This document shows positions 61,521-64,000 of a DNA stretch of 64,000 bases, piece by piece. The notes beneath the pieces were generated by a model. The model saw nothing but the letters and a program-made list of their open reading frames with translations, had not been told where the DNA came from and did no database searches. The translations under genes and the position numbers were made by a program. How positions within the stretch are numbered: the first letter of the stretch is position 1; every line of letters starts with the position of its first letter. Origin of the DNA: Eledone cirrhosa (taxonomy: Eukaryota); contig OZ024741.1 of assembly GCA_964016885.1 (NCBI GenBank), positions 21,762,001-21,826,000 on the forward strand. The letters are read 5' to 3'.

Positions 61521-64000
61521 GTTCCAATCCCACCGAGAGATTGTCTCCTGGTATTAGTTCTGGTTCTCTGCTCTCTCAGTTCCAATCCCACGAGAGAATG
61601 TCTCCTGGTATTAGTTCTGGTTCTCTGCTCTCTCAGTTCCAATCCCACCGAGAGAATGTCTCCTAGTATTTGTTCTGGTTCTCTGCTTTCTCAGTTCCAA
61701 TCCCACCGAAAGATTGTCTCCTGGTATTAGTTCTGGTTCTCTGCTCTCTCAGTTCCAATCCCACCGAGAGAATGTCTCCTAGTATTAGTTCTGGTTCTCT
61801 GCTTTCTCAGTTCCAATCCCACCGAGATATTGTCTCCTAGTATTAGTTCTGGTTCTCTGCTTTCTCAGTCCCAATACCACCGAGAGAATGTCTCCTAGTA
61901 TTAGTTCTGGTTCTCTGCTTTCTCAGTTCCAATCCCACCGAGAGATTGTCTCCTAGTATTAATTCTGGTTCTCTGCTTTCTCAGTTCCAATCCCACCGAG
62001 AGATTGTCTCCTAGTATTAATTCTGGTTCTTTGCTTTCTCAGTTCCAATCCCACCGAGAGATTGTCTCCTATTATTAGTTCTGGTTCTCTGCTTTATCAG
62101 TCACAATCCCACCGAGAGATTGTCTCCTAGTATTAGTTCTGGTTCTCTGCTCTCTCAATTCCAATCCCACCGAGAGAATGTCTCCTAGTATTAGTTCTGG
62201 TTCTCTGCTTTCTCAGTTCCAATCCCACCGAGAGAGTGTCTTCTAGTACTAGTTCTGGTTCTCTGCTTTCTCAGTTCAAATCCCACCGAGAGAATGTCTT
62301 CTAGTATTAGTTCTGGTTCTCTGCTTTCTCAGTTCAAATCCCACCGAGAGATTGTCTCCTGGTATTAGTTCTGGTACTCTGCTTTCTCAGTTCCAATCCC
62401 ACCAAGAGAATGTCTCCTAGTATTAGTTCTTGTTCTCTGCTCTGTCAGTTCAAATACCACTGAGAGTATGTCTCCTAGTATTAGTTCTGGTACTCTGCTT
62501 TCTCAGTTCCAATCCCACCGAGAGAGTGTCTTCGAGTATTAGTTCTGGTTCTCTGCTTTCTCAGTTCCAATCCCACCGAGAGAATGTCTCCTAGTATTAG
62601 TTCTGGTTCTCTGCTTTCTCAGTTCCAATCCCACCAAGAGAATGTCTCCTAGTATTAGTTCTGGTTCTCTGCTTTCTCAGTTCAAATTCCACCGAGAGAA
62701 TGTCTTTTAGTATTAGTTCTGGTTCTCTGCTTTCCCCGTTCAAATCCCACCGAGAGATTGTCTCCTGGTATTAGTTCTGGTACTCTGCTTTCTCAATTCA
62801 AATCCCACCGAGAGATTGTCTCCTAGTATTAATTCTGGTTCTCTGCTCTCTCAGTTCCAATCCCACCGAGAGAATGTCTCCTAGTATTAGTTCTGGTTCT
62901 CTGCTTTTTCAGTTCCAATCCCACCGAGAGATTGTCTCCTAGTATTAGTTCTGGTTCTCTGCTCTCTCAGTTCCAATCCCACCGAGAGAATGTCTCCTAG
63001 TATTAATTCTGGTTCTCTGCTCTCTCAGTTCCAATCCCACCGAGAGAATGTCTCCTAGAATTAGTTCTGGTTCTCTGCTTTTTCAGTTCCAATCCCACCG
63101 AGAGATTGTCTCCTAGTATTAGTTCTGGTTCGCTGCTTTCTCAGTTCCAATCCCACCGAGAGATTGTCTCCTGGTATTAGTTCTGGTTCTCTGCTCTCTC
63201 AGTTCCAATCCCACCGAGAGAATGTCTCCTAGTATTAGTTCTGGTTCTCTGCTTTCTCAGTTCCAATCCCACCGAAAGATTGTCTCCTAGTATTAGTTCT
63301 GGTTCTCTGCTCTCTCAGTTCCAATCCCACCGAGAGATTGTCTCCTGGTATTAGTTCTGGTTCTCTGCTTTCTCAGTTCCAATCCCACTGAGAGAATGTC
63401 TCCTAGTATTAGTTCTGGTTCTCTGCTCTCTCAGTTCCAATCCCACCGAGAGAATGTCTCCTAATATTAGTTCTGGTTCTCTGCTTTCTCAGTTCCAATC
63501 CCACCGAGAGATTGTCTCCTGGTATTAGTTCTGGTACTCTGCTTTCTCAGTTCCAATCCCACCAAGAGAATGTCTCCTAGTATTAGTTCTTGTTCTCTGC
63601 TCTGTCAGTTCAAATGCCACCGAGAGTATGTCTCCTAGTATTAGTTCTGGTACTCTGCTTTCTCAGTTCCAATCCCACCGAGAGAGTGTCTTCTAGTATT
63701 AGATCTGGTTCTCTGCTTTCTCAGTTCCAATCCCACCGAGAGAATGTCTCCTAGTATTAGTTCTGGTTCTCTGCTTTCTCAGTTCCAATCCCACCGAGAG
63801 AATGTCTCCTAATATTAGTTCTGGTTCTCTGCTTTTTCAGTTCCAATCCCACCGAGAGATTGTCTCCTAGTATTAGTTCTGGTTCTCTGCTTTCTCAGTT
63901 CCAATCCCACCGAGAGATTGTCTCCTAGTATTAGTTCTGGTTCTCTGCTTTCTCACTTCCACTCCCACCGAGAGATTGTCTCCTCGTATTAGTTCTGGTT

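Larger units (their letters stand above)
1..64000. repeat. Tandem satellite array, 58-bp monomer, 1103 complete copies plus a 44-bp partial, single orientation, open at both window edges
   Basis: The unit TTCCAATCCCACCGAGAGAWTGTCTCCTAGTATTAGTTCTGGTTCTCTGCTYTCTCAG restarts at 1, 59, 117 and onward. A monomer starts at 63841, and 63840 + 18 deleted bases = 1101 x 58 exactly. Most monomers differ from consensus by 0-3 bases. Confidence 0.99.

Noticed and set aside
62520-63140. Cluster of rare variants (62534, 62707, 63059, 63131) suggesting array-edge decay
   Set aside because: There are too few, regular cassettes resume immediately, and their partner copies may lie beyond the window.
1-64000. 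CRISPR array (GTTCCAATCCC resembles the start of some CRISPR repeats, and the period is of similar size)
   Set aside because: The whole 58 bp is repeated. There are no unique spacers, no leader and no cas genes.
1-64000. CENP-B box, inversions or transposon insertions
   Set aside because: I saw no TTCG-N4-A-N2-CGGG match. The monomer phase is fully accounted for by 18 deleted bases, and I saw no foreign or reverse-oriented sequence.

Overview
The whole 64 kb window is one uninterrupted head-to-tail satellite DNA array of a 58-bp monomer (consensus TTCCAATCCCACCGAGAGA[A/T]TGTCTCCTAGTATTAGTTCTGGTTCTCTGCT[T/C]TCTCAG; about 45% GC; + strand about 64% pyrimidine). It holds 1103 complete monomers plus a partial one, all in the same orientation. 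I saw no inversion, transposon, unique spacer or credible gene, and the four short ORFs are by-products of small deletions. The structure lies in the order of monomer variants. There is no single fixed higher-order repeat. Instead there is a nested patchwork of duplications whose offsets are always n x 58 bp minus the deletions in between (n = 3, 7, 8, 9, 14, 25, 37, 48, 55, 60, 65, 79, 130, 146, 203, 218). Two multi-monomer variant cassettes recur about 26 and about 30 times, and cassette haplotypes are layered so that the two flanks resemble each other more than the middle. The monomer has a tRNA B-box-like segment, a short dyad across the monomer junction and a 6-bp internal sub-repeat. This looks like eukaryotic centromeric or heterochromatic satellite, but I do not recognise the family or organism, and function cannot be established from this window. 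Coordinates and counts were read by eye, so block boundaries are approximate to within about one monomer.
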